Part shown: positions 48,330-57,828 of the stretch, one piece after another
Numbering within the stretch: position 1 is the stretch's first letter
Layout of the letters: each line of letters opens with the position of its first letter
Source: an uncultured cyanobacterium
GTDB taxonomy: Bacteria > Cyanobacteriota > Cyanobacteriia > Pseudanabaenales > Pseudanabaenaceae
Direction of reading: 5' to 3'
DNA length: 64,000 nt
Assembly (NCBI GenBank): GCA_963703315.1
Contig: OY969811.1
Span: forward strand, 1,920,001-1,984,000
Notes under the pieces: model-generated
What the model was told of the DNA's origin: nothing
Database searches by the model: none
What the model saw: only the letters and a program-made list of their open reading frames with translations
Translations under genes and position numbers: made by a program

Positions 48330-48567
48330 GGGCAAAGCATTCCCGCAGAAATTTATGATTTTACACATCGCTTTAAATCGGGAATGCTCTGCCCAAAACC
48401 TCAAACATTTATCGATAATCTCTAAACCGCACAAAACCTTATGCATTTACCGATAATCTCCAAACCGCAGGGATAATTTATCGGTAAAAGCGAAGAGGGT
48501 TTAGCATTTGTAAATGGAGATTTTAGTGAGGAGTTGAGAGAGGTTGGCGCAAATGCTAAACCCCTAC
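48326..48567. repeat. GTAG-type REP doublet (REPIN-like), copy 1
   Basis: GTAGGGGCAAAGCATTCCC...GGGAATGCTCTGCCC...GGGTTTAGCATTTG...CAAATGCTAAACCCCTAC; homolog at 60432-60611. Confidence 0.8.
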
Positions 48568-48581
48568 GTTACCTACATTAC

Positions 48582-49517
48582 TTACCTTGTGGCTCTGCGG
48601 GTAGCGAGAATGAAAACCTTGTCGATGCCAATATGAAAGGCAAAGCGAGTGAGGCGATAGAAGGTAATCAGTGAAACGAGACGATGATTCATTCCCTTTG
48701 ATTGCATTCTTGTCCGTGATTCCATCATGTCGCTAATCCAGTGCTGCCATTCATCCCATTCTTCAGGAAAGACTTCAGCTAAACCTTGAGTAATAGCTTC
48801 AACTAAAGTTACATCCCATGCTCTTTGTTTAATTTGAATTTGAGATTTACTATAAGCAATGAGATGATCGGGAATTTCCTCTAAAGATATATTTATACAG
48901 GCTTCTGCAGCAAACTGAAGCATGGAATACCTTATACTAAGAGCGTAATTAACCCTAGCATTTACATAAGTATTAGCCATAGAAATAGCAAACGCATTAG
49001 CAATAGCATATGCAATATTGTTCTTTCTAGGATTAGTCATAGAACGACAAGCTTTAACAAACATTCCGTTAGCATGAGATTTATATTTGACAGCTATAGA
49101 CAATTCTTTAGCATAGGCTTTAGACTTTCTAGTCAAAATTCTAGCAGTCGTATCGTTAGCCTTAGTATCGATAGAAATATCTTCTGCCTCAGTAACTAGA
49201 AATTTTGACTCGCTAGTATAGTTGTTTGTCAACATATCAATAGTTCTTTTTATACCAATAGATTTTAATTTGGCATTTAAAGATCTTGATTTTTTGACAG
49301 CATATTTTGCTTTGGTAACAGCAGCCTTTGTTTTATTCTCTAAAAATTGAAATTCAGATACATCAACATGAGCCTTAGCAACAATACTTGCTCCTATCTC
49401 CTCACTAGCTTGAACCATAGCATTAAGCTCTTCTATAGCATCAAATTTAGCTTTACCCTTAAAAGCCCTAAATCCTAATAAAACCCGAAAGATAGCTATT
49501 GGATTAGTTTGACTCAT
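48582..49517 (-). CDS. PadR-associated hypothetical protein
   Basis: 311-aa ORF 2 bp downstream of PadR; AT-rich Ala/Lys N-terminal part, ordinary-composition C-terminus (FPEEWDEW). Confidence 0.65.
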   Translation of the reverse strand: MSQTNPIAIFRVLLGFRAFKGKAKFDAIEELNAMVQASEEIGASIVAKAHVDVSEFQFLENKTKAAVTKAKYAVKKSRSLNAKLKSIGIKRTIDMLTNNYTSESKFLVTEAEDISIDTKANDTTARILTRKSKAYAKELSIAVKYKSHANGMFVKACRSMTNPRKNNIAYAIANAFAISMANTYVNARVNYALSIRYSMLQFAAEACINISLEEIPDHLIAYSKSQIQIKQRAWDVTLVEAITQGLAEVFPEEWDEWQHWISDMMESRTRMQSKGMNHRLVSLITFYRLTRFAFHIGIDKVFILATRRATR

Positions 49518-49519
49518 CT

Positions 49520-49864
49520 CTAAATCCCCCCGATCGCCATAACAGATCTCAACCCACTCAAAAACACCTCCTTAGCATTAAGAGCGCGATTACCCTCACC
49601 CGCAATCACATAATAACGCCGCCTTGCGCCAGTAAGTTCTTCTGGAGTTTCATCACCCCAACGCGAAGTTACAAAACCCTTTTCCTCAAGCTTTTTCAGC
49701 GTCGGATATAGTGAACTAAACCCGATCTTGCGCTTGCCATCACTAGCTTTAGCGATCGCATCGATAATTTCTAAACCATAACGCTCGCGATCGCGCACCG
49801 CATATAGCACCATCTCTTCAGTGGGCGTAAGGTCTAGGGGATCATCAGACTTTTTGCGTGCCAT
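49520..49864 (-). CDS. PadR family transcriptional regulator
   Basis: YGLEII, SLYPTLKKLEEKGFVTSRW, GARRRYY.I..EG. Confidence 0.93.
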   Translation of the reverse strand: MARKKSDDPLDLTPTEEMVLYAVRDRERYGLEIIDAIAKASDGKRKIGFSSLYPTLKKLEEKGFVTSRWGDETPEELTGARRRYYVIAGEGNRALNAKEVFLSGLRSVMAIGGI

Positions 49865-50017
49865 AACCTAATATACATACAATCTATAACTGATTATACA
49901 TTAATTAGATATATAGTCTATATCATAAAAATATTTTTTGATGCGATCGCTGAGACAATTCGGCAAGGCGATCGCTGAAACAATTAGAAAATTGCAAGTG
50001 ATTTTGTTATATCAACA

Positions 50018-50401
50018 ATGAGTAAAGAAAGGATATTTAATAGTTCTCAGTTTCTTCAGCCAAATGATGATGAGCCTATTCGATCAGTTGTTACCGAATC
50101 CAAAGATGCTGTTGTTGTAGCTTGGTATGTCAACTCGAAGCAAAAGATTGCGCCGCACATTCATCCAAATGGACAAGACACATGGACAGTTTTGAGTGGT
50201 AAAGGTGAATATTATCTGGATGCAACAGGCGGCACTAAACAGATAGTTGCTGGAGACATTGCAGTTGCTCCTCTTGGTTGCGTACATGGAGTATTTAATA
50301 ATGGTGACGAACCATTGATATTTATCTCAGTTGTAACACCTGCTACCGCAGGTTATCAACCTATTCCTTTAGAAAATTCCTCTGATAGTACAGCCTATTG
50401 A
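50018..50401 (+). CDS. Cupin domain protein
   Basis: PHIHP.GQD.W.VLSG.G; GDI...P....HGV.N. Confidence 0.88.
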   Translation: MSKERIFNSSQFLQPNDDEPIRSVVTESKDAVVVAWYVNSKQKIAPHIHPNGQDTWTVLSGKGEYYLDATGGTKQIVAGDIAVAPLGCVHGVFNNGDEPLIFISVVTPATAGYQPIPLENSSDSTAY

Positions 50402-50440
50402 GGATTCAAGTATTACAGCACAAAGCACTGTAACTTGGCA

Positions 50441-50457
50441 TTTCATCATGACTTCAT
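50441..50457 (+). promoter_or_regulatory. OmpR-type direct repeat TTTCAT-N5-CTTCAT
   Basis: 11-bp period repeat upstream of RND permease. Confidence 0.6.
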
Positions 50458-50514
50458 AATTCCATGTCATGCTAACTTCACTAGCTACTCATCATATTTC
50501 TATTACCTCAAATT

Positions 50515-53500
50515 ATGCTGAGTTCCATTATTAAATGGGCGATCGCCCGCCGTTGGTTGGTGATTGTCGGAGCGATGATTCTTAGTATTTGGATATTTCG
50601 TACAATCGTCCAAATGCCTTTGGATGTGTTCCCCCCCTTTGCACCACCGCAAGTCGAAATCCAAACCGAAGCCGCAGGATTAGCGCCCGAAGAAGTGGAA
50701 TCACTGGTGACATTGCCCATTGAGAGCGCAATTAATGGCACGGCTGGCGTTAGTGCGGTGCGTTCTTCGAGTGCAGCTAGTATCTCAGTTGTGCGTGTAA
50801 TTTTTAATTGGGGAACTGATATTTATCAAGCTAGACAGTTAGTAACGGAGCGATTACAGGCGGCTCGGAGTAAATTACCAGCATCGGTGGAGACTCCACA
50901 AATTGCGCCTATTAGTTCGCCAATTGGCACAATTCTTACCTATGCATTCACATCGAAAAATAATGACTTAATGGAAACGCGGCGACTTGTGGATTGGCAA
51001 GTCACTAACCGACTGTTAGCAGTGCCAGGAGTGGCGCAGGTCATTGTTTTTGGTGGGGATGTGCGTCAATATCAAGTGCTGGTTGCTCCTGAAAAATTAC
51101 AAGCCTTTAATGTCTCACTTCAAGATGTATCGGATGCAGTGGCGGCGGCAAATGTGAATGCTGCGGGGGGATATTTGATTACGCCCGATCGCGAAAAATT
51201 GATTCGCGGTATTGGGCGCATTGAGGATATTGAGGCTCTCAAACAATCAGTAATTAAGGCTCGTAACGGTGTGCCTGTAAGAATTAGCGATATTGCCGAT
51301 GTAAAAATTGGGGCGGCGGTGAAGCGTGGTGATGCCAGTGTCAACACTCAGAAAGCAGTAGTAGCAATCATCAATAAACAGCCGCAAGCGGATACGCCCA
51401 CCGTCACCCGTGCTGTAGAAGCTGCCATGAATGAGTTAAAAGTGGGACTGCCCACAAGTATTCAAGTGGAAACTACTTTCCGTCAAGAGGCTTACATTGA
51501 TGCATCGATTGAAAATGTCAAGGAAGCCTTAATCGAAGGCAGTATTATTGTGGCTCTGGTTTTGATTCCGTTTTTGATGAATTGGCGGAACTTAGCCGTA
51601 TGTTTAGCAGCTTTGCCTTTATCTTTGTTGATCGGCGTGTTAGCCCTCAACTGGCTAGGACAAGGCTTAAACACGATGACCTTGGGTGGTTTAGCGGTGG
51701 CGATCGGTTCGGCGGTGGATGATGCGATCGTTGATGCCGAAAATGTTTACCGATGTCTCCGTGAAAATAAACATTCTGATCATCCCCGCCCCGTTTTAGA
51801 AGTGGTTTTTGATGGCTGTCAGGAAGTCCGCGATTCGGTATTTGGAGCCACGATTATCACGATTGTCGTCTTTTCGCCGATCTTTGCGCTCACGGGTGTG
51901 GAGGGTAGTATTTTTATTCCGATGGGTTTGGGTTATTTAGCCGCAGTATTAGCATCTAGCTTTGTGGCGCTCACGGTTACGCCTGCGCTCTGTGCAATTT
52001 TGCTACCCTACGGACATTTACCCGAACGGGAACCTTGGGTAGCACGATTTTTCAAAAAACTATATTTACCGCTCATCAAATTTGCGATGCGCCGATCGCA
52101 GATTATTATTGGTCTTGCGGCGGCAAGCATACTACTATCCGCGATCGTTGTGCCATCCTTCGGGCGCATCTTTTTACCAGAATTTCAAGAGCAGTCTCTA
52201 GTTAACACATTACTGCTCTATCCTGGCTCATCTTTAGAGGCAACTAATAGCGCAGGCTCAGTCCTAGAGAATAAACTGAAAGACAATCCTAACTTCCGTA
52301 ATATTCAAGTGCGATCGGGGAGAGCAGAAGGGGATGCCGATGCCGCAGGGGTGAACTTAGCGCACGTCGATGTGGAGTTGAGTGAAGTTGGCATGAAGGA
52401 TCGCAGAGCCAGTATTGATTTATTGCGTCAGGAGTTTGGAAAAGTAATTGGCGCGGCTCCGAATGTGGGTGGATTTATTTCGCATCGCATGGATGAAGTG
52501 TTATCAGGGGTAAGAAGCGCGATCGCTGTCAAAATATTTGGTGCTGATTTAGCGCAACTGCGGATACTTGGACAGCAGGTAAATGATGTAATGCGATCGG
52601 TTGAAGGTGTAGTCGATCTACAACTGGAACCGCAAATTCCTGTGGAACAAGTTCAGATTAAATTCGATCGCATGGCGGCGGCAAGGTATGGATTAACGAT
52701 TGGGAAACTTTCGGAAACGATTGAAACGGCTCTGAATGGAAAGGTAGTTTCTCAAGTTTTAGAGCAGCAGCAAACTTTCGATCTGGTCGTATGGCTGAAG
52801 CCAGAAGCCCGTCAAAGCTTAAATGCGATCGGTAATTTAATGGTTGATACATCTGATGGTAATAAAATTCCATTAGCTCAAGTTGCCACACTGATCGATG
52901 GGAAGGGAGCCAATACAATTAACCGCGAGAATGTCTCTCGATTGCTAGTGGTTGCAGCCAATGCACAGGGGCGAGATTTGCGATCTGTGGTCAGTGATAT
53001 TCAGGCAAAAGTCAAAGCCCAGATCCAAATCCCTACGGGTTATTACATTCAATATGCAGGACAATTTGAAGCGGAAGGGAGAGCATCTCAAAATATTGTG
53101 CTGTTTAGCGCGATCGCCTTTGTTGCCATCACCGTAATCATGTATCTTTCGGTGAAATCCGTCGCCTCCACAGTGATGATTATGATTAATTTACCTTTAG
53201 CCTTAGTGGGCGGCGTGATTGCTGTCGCCCTAACGGGAGGAGTTTTGTCGATCGCTTCATTAGTCGGATTTGTGACCTTATTTGGGGTTGCTACTCGCAA
53301 TGGTTTATTGTTAGTCGATAACTACAACACCAAATTTGCATCGGGAATGCCCCTAAGAGACTTGTTGATTCAAGGCTCAATGGAACGACTTAACGCGATT
53401 CTGATGACTGCATTTACTTCAGCATTAGGCTTAGCGCCGCTAGTGGTAGCGGGTGGTGCTGGGAAGGAGTTATTACAACCATTATCGATTGTCGTTCTGG

Positions 53501-53637
53501 GTGGGCTGTTCACATCTACCGCCTTAACCTTACTGGTTTTACCAGCTTTGTATTCCCAGTTTGGGAAGTACCTCATTCCCAAACCAACTTGCCCTCATCC
53601 CCCAGCCCCTTCTCCCAGAACGGGAGAAAGGGAGTAA
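50515..53637 (+). CDS. CusA/CzcA family heavy-metal efflux RND permease (NrsA-like)
   Basis: MPLDVFP.FAPPQVEIQTEA.GLAPEEVE, NTMTLGGLA.AIG..VDDAIVD.EN, RL.AILMTA. Confidence 0.95.
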   Translation: MLSSIIKWAIARRWLVIVGAMILSIWIFRTIVQMPLDVFPPFAPPQVEIQTEAAGLAPEEVESLVTLPIESAINGTAGVSAVRSSSAASISVVRVIFNWGTDIYQARQLVTERLQAARSKLPASVETPQIAPISSPIGTILTYAFTSKNNDLMETRRLVDWQVTNRLLAVPGVAQVIVFGGDVRQYQVLVAPEKLQAFNVSLQDVSDAVAAANVNAAGGYLITPDREKLIRGIGRIEDIEALKQSVIKARNGVPVRISDIADVKIGAAVKRGDASVNTQKAVVAIINKQPQADTPTVTRAVEAAMNELKVGLPTSIQVETTFRQEAYIDASIENVKEALIEGSIIVALVLIPFLMNWRNLAVCLAALPLSLLIGVLALNWLGQGLNTMTLGGLAVAIGSAVDDAIVDAENVYRCLRENKHSDHPRPVLEVVFDGCQEVRDSVFGATIITIVVFSPIFALTGVEGSIFIPMGLGYLAAVLASSFVALTVTPALCAILLPYGHLPEREPWVARFFKKLYLPLIKFAMRRSQIIIGLAAASILLSAIVVPSFGRIFLPEFQEQSLVNTLLLYPGSSLEATNSAGSVLENKLKDNPNFRNIQVRSGRAEGDADAAGVNLAHVDVELSEVGMKDRRASIDLLRQEFGKVIGAAPNVGGFISHRMDEVLSGVRSAIAVKIFGADLAQLRILGQQVNDVMRSVEGVVDLQLEPQIPVEQVQIKFDRMAAARYGLTIGKLSETIETALNGKVVSQVLEQQQTFDLVVWLKPEARQSLNAIGNLMVDTSDGNKIPLAQVATLIDGKGANTINRENVSRLLVVAANAQGRDLRSVVSDIQAKVKAQIQIPTGYYIQYAGQFEAEGRASQNIVLFSAIAFVAITVIMYLSVKSVASTVMIMINLPLALVGGVIAVALTGGVLSIASLVGFVTLFGVATRNGLLLVDNYNTKFASGMPLRDLLIQGSMERLNAILMTAFTSALGLAPLVVAGGAGKELLQPLSIVVLGGLFTSTALTLLVLPALYSQFGKYLIPKPTCPHPPAPSPRTGERE

Positions 53638-53703
53638 GAAAATCCTCTTGTTCCCCTCTCCCAAAAAGGGAGAGGGGCTAGGGGTGAGGGGCTTAGCAAT
53701 TTC
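53590..53703 (-). repeat. REP-like element copy 2, overlapping the RND permease 3' end
   Basis: Inverted near-copy of 2468-2585; encodes CPHPPAPSPRTGERE*. Confidence 0.85.
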
Positions 53704-53744
53704 TGCGTAAGTCCAAACTTTCTAAATAAAACCCAAGGAAATCT

Positions 53745-54233
53745 ATGCAATTATTTCAATCGATTCTTCTCAGCTTGGCTAGTTTAGCTGTACTAGCAGC
53801 TTGTAGTAACAACACTCCAACTACAAGCTCAACAACTGCAACTACGGTAGCTAAAGTTGAGACAGCCCAAGCAAATTCTACGCCTAGCGCGACAAAATCT
53901 GAAACTAAGCATGGCGCTCCTCAACAAGGAGGACAGGTGATTGAGTCGGGAATCTATCATTTAGAGTTGGTTATCGCACCTGAAGAGAATGGCATTCATT
54001 TGGATTTCTTTTTGCAAAAAGGTGACACCCATGAAGCAATTCCCGATGCTAAAGTAACGGCACAAGTTCATTTGCCTGACGGGACTCAAAAGAATTTAGA
54101 TCTAGCCTATGATGCTCCTGCCAAGCACTATGGAGTAAACCTATCAGGCAAAGCAAAGGGTGAGTATAAAGTGGTGATTTTGTCAGATATTAAAGGGGAA
54201 AAGGTCAACGGACGATTTAACTTTAAGTTGTAG
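53745..54233 (+). CDS. Putative metal-binding lipoprotein associated with RND efflux
   Basis: Lipobox LAAC; GGQVIESG.YHLELV, HLDF.LQ.GD.HEAI, KHY. Confidence 0.75.
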   Translation: MQLFQSILLSLASLAVLAACSNNTPTTSSTTATTVAKVETAQANSTPSATKSETKHGAPQQGGQVIESGIYHLELVIAPEENGIHLDFFLQKGDTHEAIPDAKVTAQVHLPDGTQKNLDLAYDAPAKHYGVNLSGKAKGEYKVVILSDIKGEKVNGRFNFKL

Positions 54234-54323
54234 GCAGTTCTTTTACTGCGCGTCCTTAAGCATTTCTTTTGTTATGCTAATTTCTCATTTTGTAGTGATT
54301 CTAGCGGAATTACCCGAAGTTTT

Positions 54324-54338
54324 TGTATACAGTATACA
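54324..54338. promoter_or_regulatory. Putative GntR operator TGTATACAGTATACA
   Basis: Perfect consensus upstream of NCS2 permease; degenerate NtcA-like GTA-N8-AGC at 54292-54305 lies 22 nt before the embedded TACAGT. Confidence 0.8.
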
Positions 54339-54379
54339 ATACATAGAATTTATATTTCAAATAACTCAAGCAAGACATT

Positions 54380-55819
54380 ATGGATGCGGAAAAGGAACTT
54401 ACCCTAGATGATCAATTTGCCGACAAAGTTGAAGATGCTTCAGCAGTCGGTAAGTCTGAACTCATCTATGGTCTAAATGATAAGCCCCCAGTTGTCGAAG
54501 CGATTTTTGTGGCTTTCCAGCACGTTCTCGCTGCTTTTGTTGGCATTATCACGCCGCCAATCATTATCTGTACCACTCTCGGACTAGATGCCGCGAATAC
54601 TAGCTATTTAATTAGTATGTCGCTCTTCGCTTCGGGAATCTGCACTTATATCCAATGTAAAAAGATTGGTCCCGTTGGTTCAGGTTTGCTGAGTTTGCAA
54701 GGAACCAGTTTTGCTTTCCTTGCACCTATTTTAGGTGTAGGAACTGTTGCGATCCAAAAAGGGAGTTCTCCAGAGCAAGCTTTGGCTTTGATTTTTGGAG
54801 TTTGTTTATTTGGCTCTTTTGTAGAAATTATTTTGAGTCAATTTTTACATCTCCTAGATAAAATCATTACTCCAGTTGTTTCTGGAACGGTCGTGATGAT
54901 TATTGGTCTAGGATTGATTAAAACTGGGATGATCAGCTTAGCTGGTGGTGCTGTCGCTCTAGCCCAAAAAGATGGTTCCTTTGGGAGCTTTCAAAATCTG
55001 GCTCTTGGTGGTACTGTCCTTTTGATTGTGCTGACCCTAACCCTTTCTAGGAATCGCTTTTTGAGGATGGGCGCGATCGCGATCGGGTTGGCAGTTGGCT
55101 TTATCATTTCTTTGTTCCTTGGTATTGTAGATTTTAGTTCTCTAAGTCAACTTCCTTTCTTTAGGATTCCAGTACCTCTTCGTTATGGGATCAGCTTTGA
55201 TTTTGGAGCCTTCCTACCATTCATCCTGCTCTATGTTTTAACAGCGATCGAAACCGTTGGTGATTTGACAGCAACTTCGGCAGTATCTGGAGAACCAGTC
55301 AAAGGCGGTGTGTATGTTCGCCGTATTAAGGGGGGTGTTCTTGGAGATGGGATTAACTCATTGATTGCTGCGTTTCTCAACACATTTCCTAACACTACCT
55401 TTAGTCAAAACAATGGTGTTATCCAAATGACAGGTGTAGGTAGTCGTTATGTCGGATTCTTTGTAGCTGGCATTTTTGCGATCTTGGGACTGTTGCCTGT
55501 TATTGGTGGTGTATTTCAAACTATTCCCCAACCTGTTTTGGGTGGTGCAACTCTAGTTATGTTTGGCTCGATCGCTGTGTCTGGTTTAAATATCGTCGTA
55601 TCAGCAGGACTAGATCGCCGTTCGATTATCATCGTTGCAGTATCTCTTGGCTTAGGCTTAGGTGTGGTATTTGTGCCTGAAGTTTTTGCAGATAAACCCG
55701 CAATTTTTAATAATCTGTTTGGTTCTGCGATCTCTACAGGTGGTTTAACCGCTATCCTTTTGAGTTGGCTATTACCTAGGTTCGATGAAGAAGTTGCTGT
55801 TCAAGAAAATCTTTCTTAA
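54380..55819 (+). CDS. NCS2/NAT family xanthine/urate permease
   Basis: QHVLA, GTSFAF, ETVGD..ATS, NAT motif TFSQNNGVIQMTG, VLGGA...MFG. Confidence 0.93.
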   Translation: MDAEKELTLDDQFADKVEDASAVGKSELIYGLNDKPPVVEAIFVAFQHVLAAFVGIITPPIIICTTLGLDAANTSYLISMSLFASGICTYIQCKKIGPVGSGLLSLQGTSFAFLAPILGVGTVAIQKGSSPEQALALIFGVCLFGSFVEIILSQFLHLLDKIITPVVSGTVVMIIGLGLIKTGMISLAGGAVALAQKDGSFGSFQNLALGGTVLLIVLTLTLSRNRFLRMGAIAIGLAVGFIISLFLGIVDFSSLSQLPFFRIPVPLRYGISFDFGAFLPFILLYVLTAIETVGDLTATSAVSGEPVKGGVYVRRIKGGVLGDGINSLIAAFLNTFPNTTFSQNNGVIQMTGVGSRYVGFFVAGIFAILGLLPVIGGVFQTIPQPVLGGATLVMFGSIAVSGLNIVVSAGLDRRSIIIVAVSLGLGLGVVFVPEVFADKPAIFNNLFGSAISTGGLTAILLSWLLPRFDEEVAVQENLS

Positions 55820-55832
55820 ATACTATTTCTTG

Positions 55833-55867
55833 AATAAAAAAGCCTCGCTACGCGAGGCTTTTTTATT
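55833..55867. terminator. Bidirectional terminator-like hairpin
   Basis: AATAAAAAAGCCTCGC-TAC-GCGAGGCTTTTTTATT. Confidence 0.8.
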
Positions 55868-56555
55868 TTCTGATCAGCACTAAGGTTCCATTAAATAGAA
55901 GTACCATCAATCCTAAAGTAGCTAAAACTATGATTGTACCGATTAGATTTTTCTGGCGTGATATTCTCACATAAGCAGGTTGCAACCAAAAGCTTAATCT
56001 TTGAGAGATAACGGGCATTACCACAAAACTCAAAACTGTGGAAGTAATTAAGTTATTTACAATCATGGAGTTTGCTAGTGACCAAGATTGCATTAGATTA
56101 AAGATGGAAAAGGCGATCGCCTGTATCATCACCACAGGATAAAGACCTAAAACCACTGCTAAAATCTGCTTCCAACGTGGAGGTCCTAGCCCTTTATATT
56201 CCGCACTGCCTGCCTGCATCGAGAACCAACCCTCTAAGCCAGTCGTAAAAGACTTAAATCGATAGGCAGAAAATATTTCCTGTCCAGATTCTAATAATTG
56301 CTGGCGATCGCTTGATTCCATCCATTGATTAAGATTTTCAGGCGAATCAAAATGCATAATGTAATACCACTTCACAACGGGGTCTTTACACTTAAGTGGT
56401 GGACATAGATCACACCGCAGAAACCCGTCATATTTCCTTGAGATCTCAACTAAATGATTGTGCCATCTTTTAAAAGCAAAATCTCTCCCTTTTGGGACAA
56501 TATGTTCAGTGACTAGACTGGAGTAAAAAAGCTGCTCTAAGGGAGTATTTTTCAT
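55863..56555 (-). CDS. Antibiotic-biosynthesis-monooxygenase-like domain plus C-terminal TMs
   Basis: FDS.ENL..W..S..R, GLEGWF, PPRWKQ......GLYP, VMP. Confidence 0.75.
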   Translation of the reverse strand: MKNTPLEQLFYSSLVTEHIVPKGRDFAFKRWHNHLVEISRKYDGFLRCDLCPPLKCKDPVVKWYYIMHFDSPENLNQWMESSDRQQLLESGQEIFSAYRFKSFTTGLEGWFSMQAGSAEYKGLGPPRWKQILAVVLGLYPVVMIQAIAFSIFNLMQSWSLANSMIVNNLITSTVLSFVVMPVISQRLSFWLQPAYVRISRQKNLIGTIIVLATLGLMVLLFNGTLVLIRK

Positions 56556-56759
56556 AACTGATAACTCGCACAGACTTTGACATTAAACCAATATTTCCAT
56601 TGCTAAAGTGTTGCTCAGCAACACTTTAGCAATGGAAATAAATGGAAATATTGTGTTTCACAGTCTAGTGAAGTACAGGTTGGTTAGTACAAACTAAAAA
56701 ACCAGAAGTCGCGTTGCGGCGCTCCGCGCCGCAACGCGACTTCTGGTTTTTTGTCCTAA

Positions 56760-57263
56760 TTACTGTTCTACAGATGCAACTGTTTTAGGCGTATAAAATG
56801 ACATTGCACCCACGATGGGAATAGTCGAAGGACAACCTTGTGTCTTAAACCAAACCCGTTTACCTGATGCTAAGCCCTGTGTCGCAAGCCTTTCAGAGAT
56901 TACACAATCACTAAGGGTGTCATGGAGTGCAAAAGTATTGACATTGAGTAAGCTAGGGCTTGCCACATCTAGATATTTATCGCGATAAATGCCTTGCACA
57001 ATATTCCGATTGTAGAGACTTGCGGAAGAACCTACTTGAAGGTTGTACTTCTCAAACATCCAATTAGGAACATAGTAATTGTTCGATGTGCCTGTTATGT
57101 TTTTGAAGGTAACGATATTACCAGCAATCTTTTCTATTGTCTGAGGAGAGGTATTATCGATATATTCATCAGCAGTTTGAGCATTGGCTGATATCGCGAA
57201 TGCTGTGGTGGCGATCGCCACTGAACAAATAGTAAGAATTGAGTTTAGAATAAATTTTTGCAT
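56760..57263 (-). CDS. Secreted hypothetical protein
   Basis: Signal peptide ending ANA; two Cys. Confidence 0.65.
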   Translation of the reverse strand: MQKFILNSILTICSVAIATTAFAISANAQTADEYIDNTSPQTIEKIAGNIVTFKNITGTSNNYYVPNWMFEKYNLQVGSSASLYNRNIVQGIYRDKYLDVASPSLLNVNTFALHDTLSDCVISERLATQGLASGKRVWFKTQGCPSTIPIVGAMSFYTPKTVASVEQ

Positions 57264-57828
57264 AGCCTTTATCTTTCCTAAAGATATATTCCTAAAGAGA
57301 TAATTATTGAACTAGGTAATAGTTCTTCTGTTACTCTTTAAGAATTACAGAACTATGGTTGATTTAAGATATAAGTTGATTGATTACAGTACAAAACTTA
57401 TCTAGACATGAACGATTGCAATGATTTTAGATCATAAGTATCTCAGCATAACTAAAGAGCTTGTAATGCCTGTTTAGCAAGCAATATAAGCTTCTAGATT
57501 TTAAGTTTACTTACGTCTAGCTACAAACTGTTGAGGCTTAAAGTAGTCCAGAGAAATTATTAAAAGTGTGGCAAAGTCGTATTTTTAATAATTTCTCTGG
57601 ATTTCAAATCAGCGTAAAGTGCTATGCTTAATGCCCAAATCAAAAGATTAATAGAGATTATTACTCTTATCAAGTTTTGATGCATTCTTATACAACTCAA
57701 ATAACTTAGAGATTTAGATATACATCATCTCAAACATCCCTCGGTTATGGTCTTCTTAGTAAGATCAAAACTTTTAGACACAGCCGTGATAATCGCCTGT
57801 GATAAAAGTTATAGACAGGAGATTCACA

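Noticed and set aside
48405..48490. Short repeats (TTTA.CGATAATCTC.AAACCGCA) as a mini-CRISPR
   Set aside because: Only two direct copies with a very short spacer, inside the REP doublet
54240..54380. Purine riboswitch upstream of the permease or ABC operon
   Set aside because: No recognisable aptamer core; leaders are short and explained by protein operators
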